This document shows, one piece after another, positions 11,601-22,558 of a DNA stretch of 64,000 nucleotides; within the stretch, counting starts at the first letter, position 1; each line of letters starts with the position of its first letter. The notes below the pieces were generated by a model. It was not told where the DNA came from. It did not search any database and saw nothing but the letters and a program-made list of their open reading frames with translations. The position numbers and the translations under genes are program-made. Source of the stretch: Rhodosorus marinus CCMP1338 (taxonomy: Eukaryota > Plantae > Rhodophyta); assembly GCA_029953675.1 (NCBI GenBank), contig JAMWBK010000003.1, positions 62,001-126,000 on the forward strand, written 5' to 3'.

Positions 11601-11744
11601 AGGAAGGACGACTGGGGGAATGCCCCCACGGAGGGGAAGCGAGCCTCCTTCCAAAGAAATCCACCGCCGGAGCCAACTCCGAAAACGCGTACGCCAAATG
11701 CCCCAGTCTCCGCCCTCCTTCAGGACATAAGACTGTAGATCCAT
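8672..11744 (-). CDS. ORF2: reverse transcriptase + CCHC + restriction-like endonuclease (~1023 aa if one G in the G6 run at 10761-10766 is removed)
   Basis: ATG at 11744. GCCPGPSGLR, LRPIGMVE, VDFRNAFNSV, GVQQGDPCGP, AYHDD, LGGFG, CCHC, RH, D-D-K, PFIVESFG. Span is 3073 nt = 1024 codons + 1. Confidence 0.88.
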
Positions 11745-11775
11745 AGGCTGCGACCTCGCAGCCGTGCCTGGAGCG

Positions 11776-13185
11776 CTAATCGTGCTTCTCCCCCTTAGAC
11801 CCGGGGGAGTCGGTCCTCGCTCTCTTACCTCCTATCCGCACCAAAGTCGTGAGCCGCCCACTCCGCGAGGCTCGCGGAACGGATCCCGCGGGCTTCAGCA
11901 AAGTAGCCTGGGCGTCCTCCACCGCCATGCCCTCAGTCTGCTCCCCTGCCTCACCACTCTCGCTGGAAGTAGTGCTGGAAGCAGAGCCCTCCAAAATCCC
12001 CACCCGCTGCAGCTCTGTCTTGTAGCGCGAAGTCAGCACAAGTCGCCTCTCCAGATCGAAGAAACTGGAAACCGCCATGCGCAGGTGACGAGGGCCCGAC
12101 CGGAACCGCTCCAACAAGATCCTCTCAAGGCGCTGAATCCGTAGCCAATGGATCGCTGCCGCCTTCACGCTGCTCTCATGCTCAGAGAGCCCTGCCGTTT
12201 CTCCCGGAGACAGGAAATTGCCCGAGAAACGGTCAAAATCCAAGTGCAAAACCACCTGCGGGTTGCCGCGCAGCCACCGGGCGCTCTCAGGCCACTGCTC
12301 GGTAGGCTTCGCCAGCAAGGCCTCCAGGTACTTGGCGGCGGTTGCGGAGACCAAAAACAGCACATCGCGACCCTCATAGTTTGCGAAGAAGAAATCACCC
12401 CGGCTGCACCCCAACGATTCCGCAAAAGTGTCCCGGAAGTCTCGCATAGACGGAACCTGTCCTCGTGTAGTCTGGGGCCGGACATTTCGCACCCACAGAA
12501 ATAGGAGAGTGGTCTCCACAGGTCCATCCTGAGGCTCGCGAGATGGTATGAAACTGAGCATAGCCGCCGTACGTGTGGCAGTGGTGCCCTTCCGCAAGAC
12601 TGATGCGTACGAAGCGCCCCCCTTGCGGCCACCACGTGCCCCCGAAGTAGCCGGGAGTTGGTGACCACCTGAGGGCTGGTCCAAGAGAGGGAAGTCCACA
12701 GCTGCAGTCTCCTCCACACCGGTTGCCGCACAGTCACCACCACCATTGCCTCGAGTCCCCGAGCGCTGAAGCGCGTTTTGGCCCGGCCTGCCGCTCCCCA
12801 ACGTCGTACTGTCCCGCGCAGAAGCAACAGCCCTCGCCTGTCCCGGGACAGGTTCATGTTGATTGACCGGATGTTGACTGCCTTCAGCCAACGCTGCCAC
12901 TCTGGGGCAATTCAAATTCTCGTCCGAATTTAAATTTGACCTGGCCAGCAATCCCGATTCCAGCCCACCTAGCTTCTGGGTGAGCTGAGGGAGCACTCCA
13001 CGATCACTCGCAGCCGTGATCAGGCTGGTGACAGCGGAGATAAGTGCACGCGCCTGGGTGCCAGAAGCGCCTTCCAAGTCAACCTCGGAAGAAAAGGTGC
13101 CGCAGCTGAGGCGAACACGGAGTCCCCCACCTGGCAGTGCCTCCTTGGGAGGAGGCTCCGTCGAGCGCGGAGATATCCCTACCAT
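11776..13185 (-). CDS. ORF1 (~469 aa) with conserved N-terminal domain and RRM-like core
   Basis: Open frame. ATG at 13185 (MVGISP) matches the MVGVSP starts of copy B and family 2. The upstream TTG extension in the ORF track is probably 5'UTR. Confidence 0.8.
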   Translation of the reverse strand: MVGISPRSTEPPPKEALPGGGLRVRLSCGTFSSEVDLEGASGTQARALISAVTSLITAASDRGVLPQLTQKLGGLESGLLARSNLNSDENLNCPRVAALAEGSQHPVNQHEPVPGQARAVASARDSTTLGSGRPGQNALQRSGTRGNGGGDCAATGVEETAAVDFPLLDQPSGGHQLPATSGARGGRKGGASYASVLRKGTTATRTAAMLSFIPSREPQDGPVETTLLFLWVRNVRPQTTRGQVPSMRDFRDTFAESLGCSRGDFFFANYEGRDVLFLVSATAAKYLEALLAKPTEQWPESARWLRGNPQVVLHLDFDRFSGNFLSPGETAGLSEHESSVKAAAIHWLRIQRLERILLERFRSGPRHLRMAVSSFFDLERRLVLTSRYKTELQRVGILEGSASSTTSSESGEAGEQTEGMAVEDAQATLLKPAGSVPRASRSGRLTTLVRIGGKRARTDSPGSKGEKHD

Positions 13186-13704
13186 CCTGAGGGAATCCGC
13201 AAAGGAAACGTTGCACCACCAATATGAAACCGCACCGAGAGAATAATCGACCAAACCCAACCCAAATAGGAAAGGCCCCGCAACACACCCACCCAGAAGA
13301 CAGAAGTAGTTGCAAATGCAAACGACGCCCCGCGGAAAATCGAGGGGAAGGCGTACCAGAGGAAGCGCTTCCCGTAAACGAACACGCTCGCGACCGAAAA
13401 AGAAACAAAACCCCAATCCTCGACAACAACTCAGCTAGACTGTTAAGCTAACATGGCAAACTACTTCTCAGTAACCCCCCCCATCCCTTTCATCGGCGAG
13501 TTGGTTTTGCAAGCAGGAAACGGACGAGGAGGTGTGGAAGTTTAGCTTTTGTTTTTTTCAATCGGAACCTCAACATGCGGTAGTTCATCTCTTCTCAAAT
13601 GTGCTTCTTCTCCTCGCGACGATTCTCTGGGTGAAGTTGCAGCTTTTCGTAAGGCTCAATCGGACGAGATGCTGGCGCGTCGGAGAGGCGGTGCTGACGT
13701 CGAG

Positions 13705-14168
13705 CGTCTGGATGCCTTCCAGTTTCGCTCCGCCGCACGGACTTACCTGGGTTTGCCACAAGCTCCGTGGCACTCTAATCGGCCGTCTTTTTCTGTCAGG
13801 GATGTGAGAGTCGGATCGATCCTTGTGTTTACCATTTCTTAGGTTCATGCGGACTGTTGAGAGGAACCGTCCCGCCCCTGACGGCTCGAGTACAGAAATT
13901 GGTAGCAGTGGGCAACTTGAGTCGAGCGGCACGGGTCCTGGAGGGCCAGGCGCCTGTCCTCCCCTACGAAGAAAGTCTTGCCCCGACGGTGTCGTCTCTG
14001 TTCCCCTCGTCCGACTTGGACTTGCTACCCGAGTTTGAGGCATTCTTGGACCGTCCGGAGTTGGCCCGGTTTCAAATCGACCTTACACTCAACGAGTCTG
14101 ACCTAGAGGAGTTGCTTCGTACCTCGCTGTGTGGACGCTGCCCTAGACCCTCAGGGCTCCGCACCGAA
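13705..14168 (+). mobile_element. Scrambled family 1B fragment: CCHC region (13705-13864) fused to an upstream ORF2 segment (13864-14168)
   Basis: The second part matches the reverse complement of ~4790-5090. The same antisense peptide MPQTRVASPSRTRG... appears at both loci in the ORF track. Confidence 0.85.
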
Positions 14169-14221
14169 ATATTTTACGCCACTCACACTCATTATTCTAC
14201 GGTTGTCCCATCGGCAGGAAA

Positions 14222-14249
14222 CTGGAATTTATTGGACTGGACTTTACTA
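14222..14249. repeat. Solo family 1A tail motif with no element body
   Basis: CTGGAATTTA TTGGA CTGGACTTTA CTA; the part TGGACTGGACTTTACTA is identical to 1021-1037. Confidence 0.6.
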
Positions 14250-15039
14250 TTAGCAGTAGTACCGGTACGCTCGAAAACCCAAACGGGAAGAGAAAGTCCA
14301 CCTTTGTTCCCAGAAGCTTGGAACCGTGTTTTCACTGGTGCGGCCCTTGACAACATGGCATCGCGTGCCTCCGCAAGTCCGTCCTGGAAATTAGTCCGCT
14401 CTCAACATCGGGCAACCATTCTTTCATATTGAAGCAAAAGATTTCGTTTAAGATTGAATAACTAAATGGACGTTCGTTGTTATCGAAGCAGGAGGTCTGA
14501 AAAATGACGATAGCAGTTAGACTGGGCCTTTTCGTGTTTCTTTAGAGCGCCTTGAGGGTCCTTGGCTTGAACCCTATATATACCCTGAAACGTCATGAGG
14601 ATAACAGTTGATCAGGGACGGAGAAAATGGTAGCCTCTCGCCCAAACGGTGTCCTCGCTTTCAGCGGCCGTCGTATCATAGCCTCTGTCGGACTCCCCTC
14701 GTGCCTCGGGTTTTCTCCTGCACCGATGACGATATCCAGCGCTTGTCCAGCCGGAGGCCTCGCTAATACCACATATACGTATACTGAATCCTTACTGTCC
14801 ATGTCGTCCACCAGTACGTTCGCGACTCCCTTGAGTCGGAGAACTTCTGTAGCTGGTATTTCCAATGCCCGAAGGCATTCCCGGCTTCCCCCTCCCACGC
14901 GAATATTTGAGTTAACTTCAGCTCTCCAGTTCGGTGATCCCTTTCAGCCAAATTTCCCCTTATTTCCATCACCGCATGTTATTTTCAATACTCAAGCATA
15001 TTAGTGAGTCACGTTCACACCTCTTGAACATAGGCTATC

Positions 15040-15400
15040 TCAAACTCAGAAGTTAAGCTGAGGTTGGGGGTGACTCGGGAACGCCAGGTGACGTACCTTT
15101 TGCTCAGCCGCTCTTCGCCGGGGCCCAGCAGCTTCTGTACTTCGCCGACTGAAGGAACGACGATGTGCTGAGAGCATGGCCAGTCTCCTCTGCGCAGGAG
15201 GGCCGTCCTGACAGGTTCCAGACTTTCATTGTGGAAAGCTTTGGGCATCTGGAAAAGCTCAGCTTGGAGTGGCTGCGGAAATGTTTTACTGACAGCTGGT
15301 TGAATATCTTGGACTCGTACCACGGGAAAGTGTCGCTCTCTGGGGATAGCATGCTCGCCGAACTGCGCCATCGCCCCCTGGCTTTTCCACAAATGCATTC
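15040..15400 (+). mobile_element. Diverged family 1-like endonuclease C-terminal relic
   Basis: RFQTFIVESFGHLEKLSLEWLRKCF...MLAELRHR is homologous to the family 1 C-terminus. Confidence 0.75.
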
Positions 15401-15515
15401 AGCAAGTACTCTAACGAACGCCAAACGTAGCCTCGAACTACAATTGACGGATCTCATTCAACCCTAGCATAGTGCTTATCCTCTATGGAACCGATATTAT
15501 CTTCCCCTACGGAAT

Positions 15516-15700
15516 GAATCTGTTTAATCGGAGACTGAAAGAAAAACCGCCCAGCAGGAAAAAAAGAATATTAAACCGCGAAGATCGCGTGCCTCCAATA
15601 TCAAGGCAGCGCTCAGACGCCACAGCAAGAGACTTTTAAACTGGTAAACAACGAGGACAGGCGGTCACGGCGTTCGCGGAACAATTCCCGAACTGCGGGT
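15516..15700 (-). mobile_element. Degenerate family 2-like 3' end
   Basis: Minus strand encodes LLLWRLSAALILEARDLR, followed by a T-rich UTR and TCAGTCTCCGATTAAAC. Confidence 0.75.
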
Positions 15701-16226
15701 AAGTTTGCTACCACTGTGGTGTGACCAACATTTAGAAACCTAAACTGCTTCTAGATTGGACAATATTCTTAATATTATTAGAAAGAATCTGCATCTCCGC
15801 CTGTCAATCTGTTGGAATTTTCGAGGATTCCCAACCTTGACCAAAGTCCCGTCAGCCAAACTTCGATAGTTTCCTTATTGTTTCCCTGACCATTGGGGTC
15901 GGTGTCTCGCACTTCGGTAACCTACTATACTGTGGTGATAGTCGATGGCTTGTACCGTTCGGAATTGGATGCAAAGATCAGTTTTTGGTTTCGTGAGGGT
16001 GTATGGTGCTGGCTTTTGGTGGTTTTGAGTCGCAATTGTGTTCTTCGGTGGGAGGCGCTTCTTTCTGCAGCCTTTCCCCCGCATCTTCTAGTGGTGTGGT
16101 GCGTGCTGGGGGTTGCTAGCGCCCCTTGGAGGTCGTGGTGGTTTTTCTTTGGTTGCAAACGTTGGGAACAAGTTCTCTTTTTGGGGGTTTCGTTGGGGAA
16201 TCGGTTTTTCACACCTTCCAATCGTT

Positions 16227-17513
16227 ATGGTTGGGGTTTCCCCACCCATTCCGGCGGACGGAGCCGTTCTCTCAGCGCGCGTGGAGCTCAGCGTGGGCGG
16301 GTTTAGTACCGCGGCCACCCTCACGGACTGCGCTGACGAGTTAGCCCATGGGATCTGCTCGAAACTGACGAGTCTTCTTGTGACTGCTTCCCAGGAACAC
16401 CGCCTGCCCCTGCTGATCGCCTATTTGGAGCGCTTCTCCGCCTCCGCGCCTGCCCCATACCCCCGGTGCCCGTCCCCGCGGATCCGCACGGTACAGCGGG
16501 GCCTGCCTCCACCCGACCCGAGCGCTCCGCTCCGGTCATTCCTGATTCCGACTGGCCTACCCCTATTCAAGGACAGACGCCTCCTGGGCCCGCGTCGGGC
16601 CCGAATCCTGCTCCCTCCAGTGCCCCACGTGCGACCTATTCGCAGGTCCTGCGCAGGGGCTCTTCTGAACAACGCACGACGGCAATGGTGCGTATGATGC
16701 CACAACACATCCCTATTGACTCTTCTCGCCAACTATCTCCGTTCCACTTTGTTTGGATGACGAACGTGCGTCCCCAGACCCCCTCTCGTGGTCGGGGCCG
16801 CGCGCCCGTCCACTACCGCGATTTTCGCGACACCATGGCTTCCTCCCTTGGGGTCGCCCCGTCTGAATTCCTATATGTGGACTTCACGGGCCCTCATGCC
16901 TGTTTTCTTGTTACTGACTCGGCTTACCAGTTCCTTCAATCGCTTGTAACCACCCCCGCGCCCCAGCGCTCTGCTCTGGCCAACATGATACTGACTCGTC
17001 CTCATGTCTCTTTGTTTGTCGAGTTCGATCGTTTTGACGCCGGCTGGGGCCTTGCAAAACCTGGATGCCTCGCAGGCTTCGGTTGTCGCGCTACACACTC
17101 ATGCGGCGCGGCTCTCGCGCGTACAGGCGAGCCTCTTCGCGCGTTTTCCTCCTCGCGGGGTCCTCGGCACCGCGCTAGAGGCCTTCCTCTCCACTGAGGC
17201 CACCCTGCTGGAAGCCCACCCTGCGTTTGACCTTCTGCCGCCGACTCCTGAGCACCCTTCCTCCCCTCGCCCTGTCTCCGAGGCTCGTGACACCGACATG
17301 CCAGAAGCACCATCGGCCTCTCCGAATCCGCTGGCTCTGGACACCCTCAGTCAAGACTCCGCTGCTGAAAACCCTGTGTCTACTTTCTTCAGGTCTTTTA
17401 GTTCCTTCGTGCGCCCCCCACGTAAGCGTCGTGCGGCTCCTGAGCCTCCCTCCGAGGCACCTCCTCCGGATATTCGATCTGCCTTCCCGACTGAGGGGAG
17501 GCCCGATGTCTGA
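16227..17513 (+). pseudogene. Family 2 ORF1 (RRM-like core), frameshifted
   Basis: Spans frames 16113..16697, 16466..17197 and 17004..17513. Contains FHFVWMTNVRPQT...YRDFRDTMASSLG...EFLYVDF...HACFLV. Confidence 0.8.
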
Positions 17514-20500
17514 GTCTTCCTCCTCCGCGTGCGTGTCGTCCCGGCTACCCCTGTTTACCAGTGACCGCTCAGCCTGGCATGAGCGTGTTATCTCGTGGTT
17601 TTCGCACCTTGTCGCCTCCTACCCGGACGGTTCTCTTCCCCTTTGTCGTCAGAGCACGGCCGTACGGCTCCCTCGTCGACTTCATAAGCCCCTAGGATTG
17701 GTGTTGGATTTCTCTGGCAGCAGGTCGCCGCGAACCCTCACTGCTCTCTTCGCTGGGAACTCTTGTTCTTTTTTCCCCGCCTCGTGCTCACCTCCTCTAC
17801 CGTCCCCCTCAACCCACATCCTCGCCGGGTCCACCCTCGCCGAAACTGCAAATGTTCCTTTCCGGCGACTTTGAGGACCTCGAACGTCTTTATTTCGCTT
17901 CTCTCTCTTCCTTTTCTCCTAGTGCTCCCTCAGCTTTTAGGTCTTCTCGACAGAATCGGGCGCGTCACGCGGTGGTAAGCGGTGATCTGCGGCGGGCAGC
18001 CGGGATCCTCCAGCAGCGGCAACCTGTGGTTCCATACTCCGATGATCTTTCTTCACCGCTCCGTTTGCTCTTTCCCTCGGAAGGCTCCCCTTGGGACTCC
18101 TCGTTTGAATCAGTGTTGGAAGAGTACCGCGCCGCGCCACATCCCAGTGCGCGGTTAGTGGTCAATCTGGAGGCGGTGCGTCAGTTGGTTCATGATGCTC
18201 CGAAGGGCCGTTCCCCAGGGCCCTCGGGGCTGCGGGTGGAATATCTCCGTTTCTTAAGTGATGAAGGTTTGAAGGCGTTGGCGTGGGTGGTCGAAGCGCT
18301 TGTGAATGGTGATCCTCTGTGTGAGTGTGCGTGGTTCTTGGTCGGGCGTTCGCAGTTGTGTCTGCTTTCGAAGCCCGGCCACACGGCCTCGAGCCCTGCT
18401 ATTCGCCCTATTGGCCTGGTTGAGGTGGTCCGCAAATTGGCGGCGCGATGGTTAGTGAAAATCCTGGTTCCCGAATCCCGCCGTTTCTTTGGGCACGTGC
18501 AGTTAGGCGTGGGCTATCGTGGTGGCTGTGAGTTGTTGTCTGTTTTACTCCGTTCGGAAATGGCGTACTCCCCAGATTCTGGGCTCCTCTCTGTAGATTT
18601 TACCAATGCGTTCAACCGCGTCTCTCGTCCGGCTCTCATGCACGTGGTGCGCGAAGTCTTCCCTGTAGGCTTTCCCTTTGTTAGTAGACTTTATTCTCCG
18701 CTTGGTCGTGGGGCTACCTATGACACCCTTGGCGCTTCCTCACACACGTTTGCGGCGCGCACAGGGGTACAACAGGGTGATCCCTTGTCCCCTTTCCTAC
18801 ATGCCTGTGGACTACAACTCGTCTTGCTTTGTCTTCGCTCCGAATTCCCGCAGGTTCGTACGGTTGCATACCACGACGACGTGTGCCTCCTGTGCCCCCT
18901 GATACTCTAGCGCTCGCTTATGATCGTCTCCGCTCCTTGGCTTCGCGGGGGGACTTGGAAGTTAATCATCACGAATCGTTCTACTGGGGAGGTGTAGCTG
19001 CACAAGAGCAGCAGGTACCTGCGTCGTTCCAGGATATTTGGAGACCGGATGGTTTTGTCCACTTAGGCATCCCCTACGGGTCGCCGTCCTTCGTTGAAGG
19101 CGAGTTGCTGCAGCTCCTCGGTAAGCACAGACAGCTGGTTGCAGAGCTTCGACGGCTCCCTCCGGGCTTTCTCCAGTGCGCGTTGTTGCTGTTTCGGTAT
19201 TGTTGCAGTCAGCGGTTAACCTATTGGCTTCGCTCACTTCCAACTCATTGGGGCCGGTGGTTGGCCACTCGTGCGGATGCTGAAAGTTTCCGTGACCTGG
19301 GGTATTTTCTCGATGAAGAGCTGAGCGCTCTGCCGCGACCCACCTGTGATGTTGTGCGCGCCCAGGTAGGCCTCCCATTGCGATTGGGGGGACTGGGCCT
19401 CTGCAATCGTGTTGTGGTCCAACCTGCAGCCGCAGTAGGGGCCTGGGGAACCGCACTTCCCACTTTGAGCAGCTTGGGTATCTCGAAGTTCCGCAATTTG
19501 ATGGCGAGCCTCTCGCGGGGTGTCTTGCTTCCCAGCGTACCGGAAAGCGCCCAAGACTTGTTTCTGGAGCTCCAAACCGCCCTGAATTCCTGTACTAGTC
19601 TCCCCGAAACCGTTCAACCCCGTCTTCCTGACTGGCGAGCTGTATTTGACCGCTCTCGAGGCTCCGCCCCGCCGGGATTCGTCCTGCGCCTGAACCTGTT
19701 CTAGGGGAGATTGACCCAGTGGTTGCCGCAGAAGGAGAAGTTCCAGTTGATCCTCCTGATAATTCCCAGCGCGCTGGGAGCCGAGCTCAAGCACGCACGG
19801 ATGCGCTGCAAAACATCCTTTCTTGGGACTTGCACCGTGCTGCATATGGCCGAGTCCTCGCGCAGATGGTCTCATCTTCTCGCGCCCGCGCCCGCCTACA
19901 TAGTCTTGGAGGGGTTATTAGCTCTCAGTGGCTCATGACCGTACCAGCCTTTCCGCCACTCACACTGTCGGATTTCGAAGTGCGTACTTCACTGCGCTTA
20001 TACCTCGGCTTACATCAGCCCCCTTGGCCGTACGAGATGGGTTCGTCGTGCCCTCTCTGCTCTCAGACTGACGACAACGCAGATTTTGGCGCCCACCTGC
20101 TCGCTAGTTGCCCGGCGGTGAAAGGTGCTCGAACCCGCCGCCATACACGGATCTTGAACCTGTTATACCGGGAACTTCGGCCTATAGTCCGGCAAGCCGG
20201 TCTGGAAATCGAACGTGAGAAACCTTTACCCGTCGCGGACTTTCAAAATGATGAACGCCGTGTAGCCGACCTGGTGATCACCTGTGACGACAGCCGCCGT
20301 ACCACATACGTTGATCTTGCTGTTCCTAACCCTCAAGCTAGTCGTTATCTCCCGGCTGCGGGGGAGCGCCGTGGATCTGCCGCCGCCAGCATGAGACGCC
20401 GCAAAGAGATCAAATACGCGGGGGCTTTGTCTTCCCCTGGTGTTCGTGCTTCGGCACTAGCACATCGCTTGATACCCCTGATCATTGAGTGCTTTGGGTT

Positions 20501-20648
20501 CATGGACTCTGTTGGTTCTCGCTGGCTTCGGGAGTTGTTCCGCGAACGCCCTGACCGTCTTCAATCGTTGTTTACCCGCTTAAGTTTCCTGCTGTGGCGC
20601 ATGAATGCCGCTTTGATGTTGGAGGCGCGAGTACTTCGCCGCGCTTAG
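17506..20648 (+). pseudogene. Family 2 ORF2 RT-RLE, frameshifted
   Basis: ATG at 17506 overlaps the ORF1 stop. GRSPGPSGLR, IRPIG, VDFTNAFNRV, GVQQGDPLSP, AYHDD, CPLC...H...C, RH, VADLV, VDLAV, KEIKY, PLIIECFG. Confidence 0.9.
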
Positions 20649-20975
20649 TCTTTTTTTCCCCTCGCGGTTTTTTTTTTTCAGCCTCCGATTAAACCATTCG
20701 TTCGTACCGTTCAAACTATTTCAAACGTTTAAACAGGTTTTTCTACCGTATACCGTTCGCACATCGGTCCCACCGTATGTATGACGATGTGCGAATCATC
20801 CTTCTACATGCTGAGAGCGTATATTCACCGCTGACCGCTGACCGCGTAACCGTTCCAACACAATCTGTTGGAAGTCCACATGTGATCTAGGCACCCCGTA
20901 CTGGTCTAGGTCATATGTTAGAACCAATTACTCCTATATCTAGTACCGATGCACAGAGTGGTCTAGCAATGGTAT

Positions 20976-21099
20976 TAGAGTTGTGACGAGTGCGAGCGGC
21001 TTTTTCGCTGCTTACGAGCTAGAAGTAGTTAAACCCGCGAAAACAGGGGTTTTTAGAGGGGTAAACAGCGAAAAACCCGAGCCGCTTGACTCAACCCTA
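20976..21099. mobile_element. MITE copy 1 (hAT-like TIRs TAG(A/G)GTTG...CAACCCTA)
   Basis: Imperfect ~30 bp terminal inverted repeats. Internal core AAACCCGCGAAAA is shared with 45329 and 60886. Confidence 0.7.
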
Positions 21100-21497
21100 T
21101 ATATATGATGCTAAGCCGCTCTGTGCTAAGCCACTCTGTGCTCGGAGGGGTGGCTCGAGAAAAAGGGTACGGTGTATGCGCCTGGACGGGTCCCTATAGC
21201 TCTGGAAGAACTTCCAGTTTCAGCAGGTTATGAGCCCAGAGCGCTAACAGAGCTATAAGAACTTCCAGTTTCAACGTAATCCTCTGTGTTCTGGTTGCGA
21301 GTTCACAGAAAGTCGGAGGGTACGTGAGAAAGGGCCTATCAATTTATCCTTCCGCTGTTAGCAGACTCCAGCCAAACCTTTTGTTTCCTGCTCATATGAT
21401 TTATAGAGAGCGGACCGATTTCTCCCATGGGTTTATTATGTTATACAAGTCCGTTCCAGAACTTGGAACGGACTTGAAACACTGATTCGTACCAGGC

Positions 21498-21816
21498 CAG
21501 ATGCCCCAGTCTCCGCTTTCCTTCAGGACATAAGACTGGCTTTACTAGCATAGCCTGAAACGCTACGCAAACCGTGAAAAGGAACTAGGTAGGGAAGCGT
21601 GCAAACCCAGGCGCCGATGGCGCGCCTCGGCAAGCATGCTGCTCGAATATCGCCACAGAGAGACACTTAAAGGCCGCAAAAGTTCCAAGTATTCAACAGG
21701 ATGCTCAGTGAAACACTACTAGCATAGCCTGAAACGCTACGCAAACCGTGAAAGGAACTAAGAACTAGGTAGGGAAGCGTGCAAACCCAGGCGCCGATGG
21801 CGCGCCTCGGCAAGCA
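21498..21816 (-). mobile_element. Stack of family 1 fragments: two 1B 3' ends (21535-21714, 21718-21816) and a ~40 bp piece from the ORF2 start (21498-21537)
   Basis: Matches the 3'UTR at 2358-2540 and the segment 11700-11735. Confidence 0.85.
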
Positions 21817-22162
21817 TTGGGACTACTACAATAAGACCATCCTCATTGTACAAGTCCGTTAGAGAAGTCGGTCCGCTCTGCTCGGCGGGCGACCCTTAGT
21901 TTATCTTGAAGAAGATTTCCTTTTCGTACTGAACCTCTAAATGAACGTTCGTGATTAAGGAGGTGGTTTGAACAGCATTGATAGCCAGGTATGAACAGTG
22001 TTTCAAGCACGCGATGTTTTCTCACCCAAGGCGACCCAGCTAGCAGACCTACCTCAGGCCTATTTGCGGTTCCAGGAATTATTGCCGTTCTTTTCTTCAA
22101 CGACACTTTTTCTTCAAAGATAGGTCCTTTTTTTTTCTTAGCAGATCAAACCAAGAGTTCTC

Positions 22163-22558
22163 GAACCAGAATCAGAACAGTTCATGTTGTTCTACCGGAA
22201 TCAAATGGAAATGTACACGGAGCGGCTGTCGGATGAGATTTGAGGTCGACCAAATTTCAGAACCAGAATCAGAACAGTTCATGTTGTTCTACCGGAATCA
22301 AATGGAAATGTGTACACGGAGCGGCTGTCGGATGAGATTTGAGGTCGACCAAATTTCAGAACCAGAATCAGAACAGTTCATGTTGTTCTACCGGAATCAA
22401 ATGGAAATGTACACGGAGCGGCTGTCGGATGAGATTTGAGGTCGACCAAATTTCAGAACCAGAATCAGAACAGTTCATGTTGTTCTACCGGAATCAAATG
22501 GAAATGTACACGGAGCGGCTGTCGGATGAGATTTGAGGTCGACCAAATTTCAGAACCA
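22163..22558. repeat. Four tandem copies of a 97 bp unit (one copy 99 bp)
   Basis: GAACCAGAATC recurs at 22163, 22260, 22359 and 22456; a partial GAACCA follows at 22553. The units are near-identical. Confidence 0.95.

Larger units (their letters stand above)
8626..13435 (-). mobile_element. Family 1A retrotransposon, full-length near-intact copy D
   Basis: 5'UTR, open ORF1, ORF2 broken only once, 3'UTR and tail. The 5' end is approximate. Confidence 0.92.
15890..20712 (+). mobile_element. CRE-like family 2, full-length copy with frameshifts
   Basis: 5'UTR shares a block with family 1. ORF1 starts MVGVSP; ORF2 carries RT, CCHC and RLE. 3' end is TCAGCCTCCGATTAAACCATTCGTTCGTA. The 5' end is approximate. 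Confidence 0.9.

Noticed and set aside
8672-11744. Bacterial group II intron, retron or DGR reverse transcriptase
   Set aside because: The C-terminal CCHC + RLE domain, 5' truncations and 3' tails are non-LTR retrotransposon features, and neighbouring genes have spliceosomal introns.
11776-13416. 546 aa ORF1 starting at the TTG at 13416
   Set aside because: The extension covers the conserved 5'UTR element. The ATG at 13185 gives the MVG(I/V)SP start shared by three copies.
14593-15004. Overlapping ORFs on both strands between element fragments
   Set aside because: No recognisable domain and no splice or start support.
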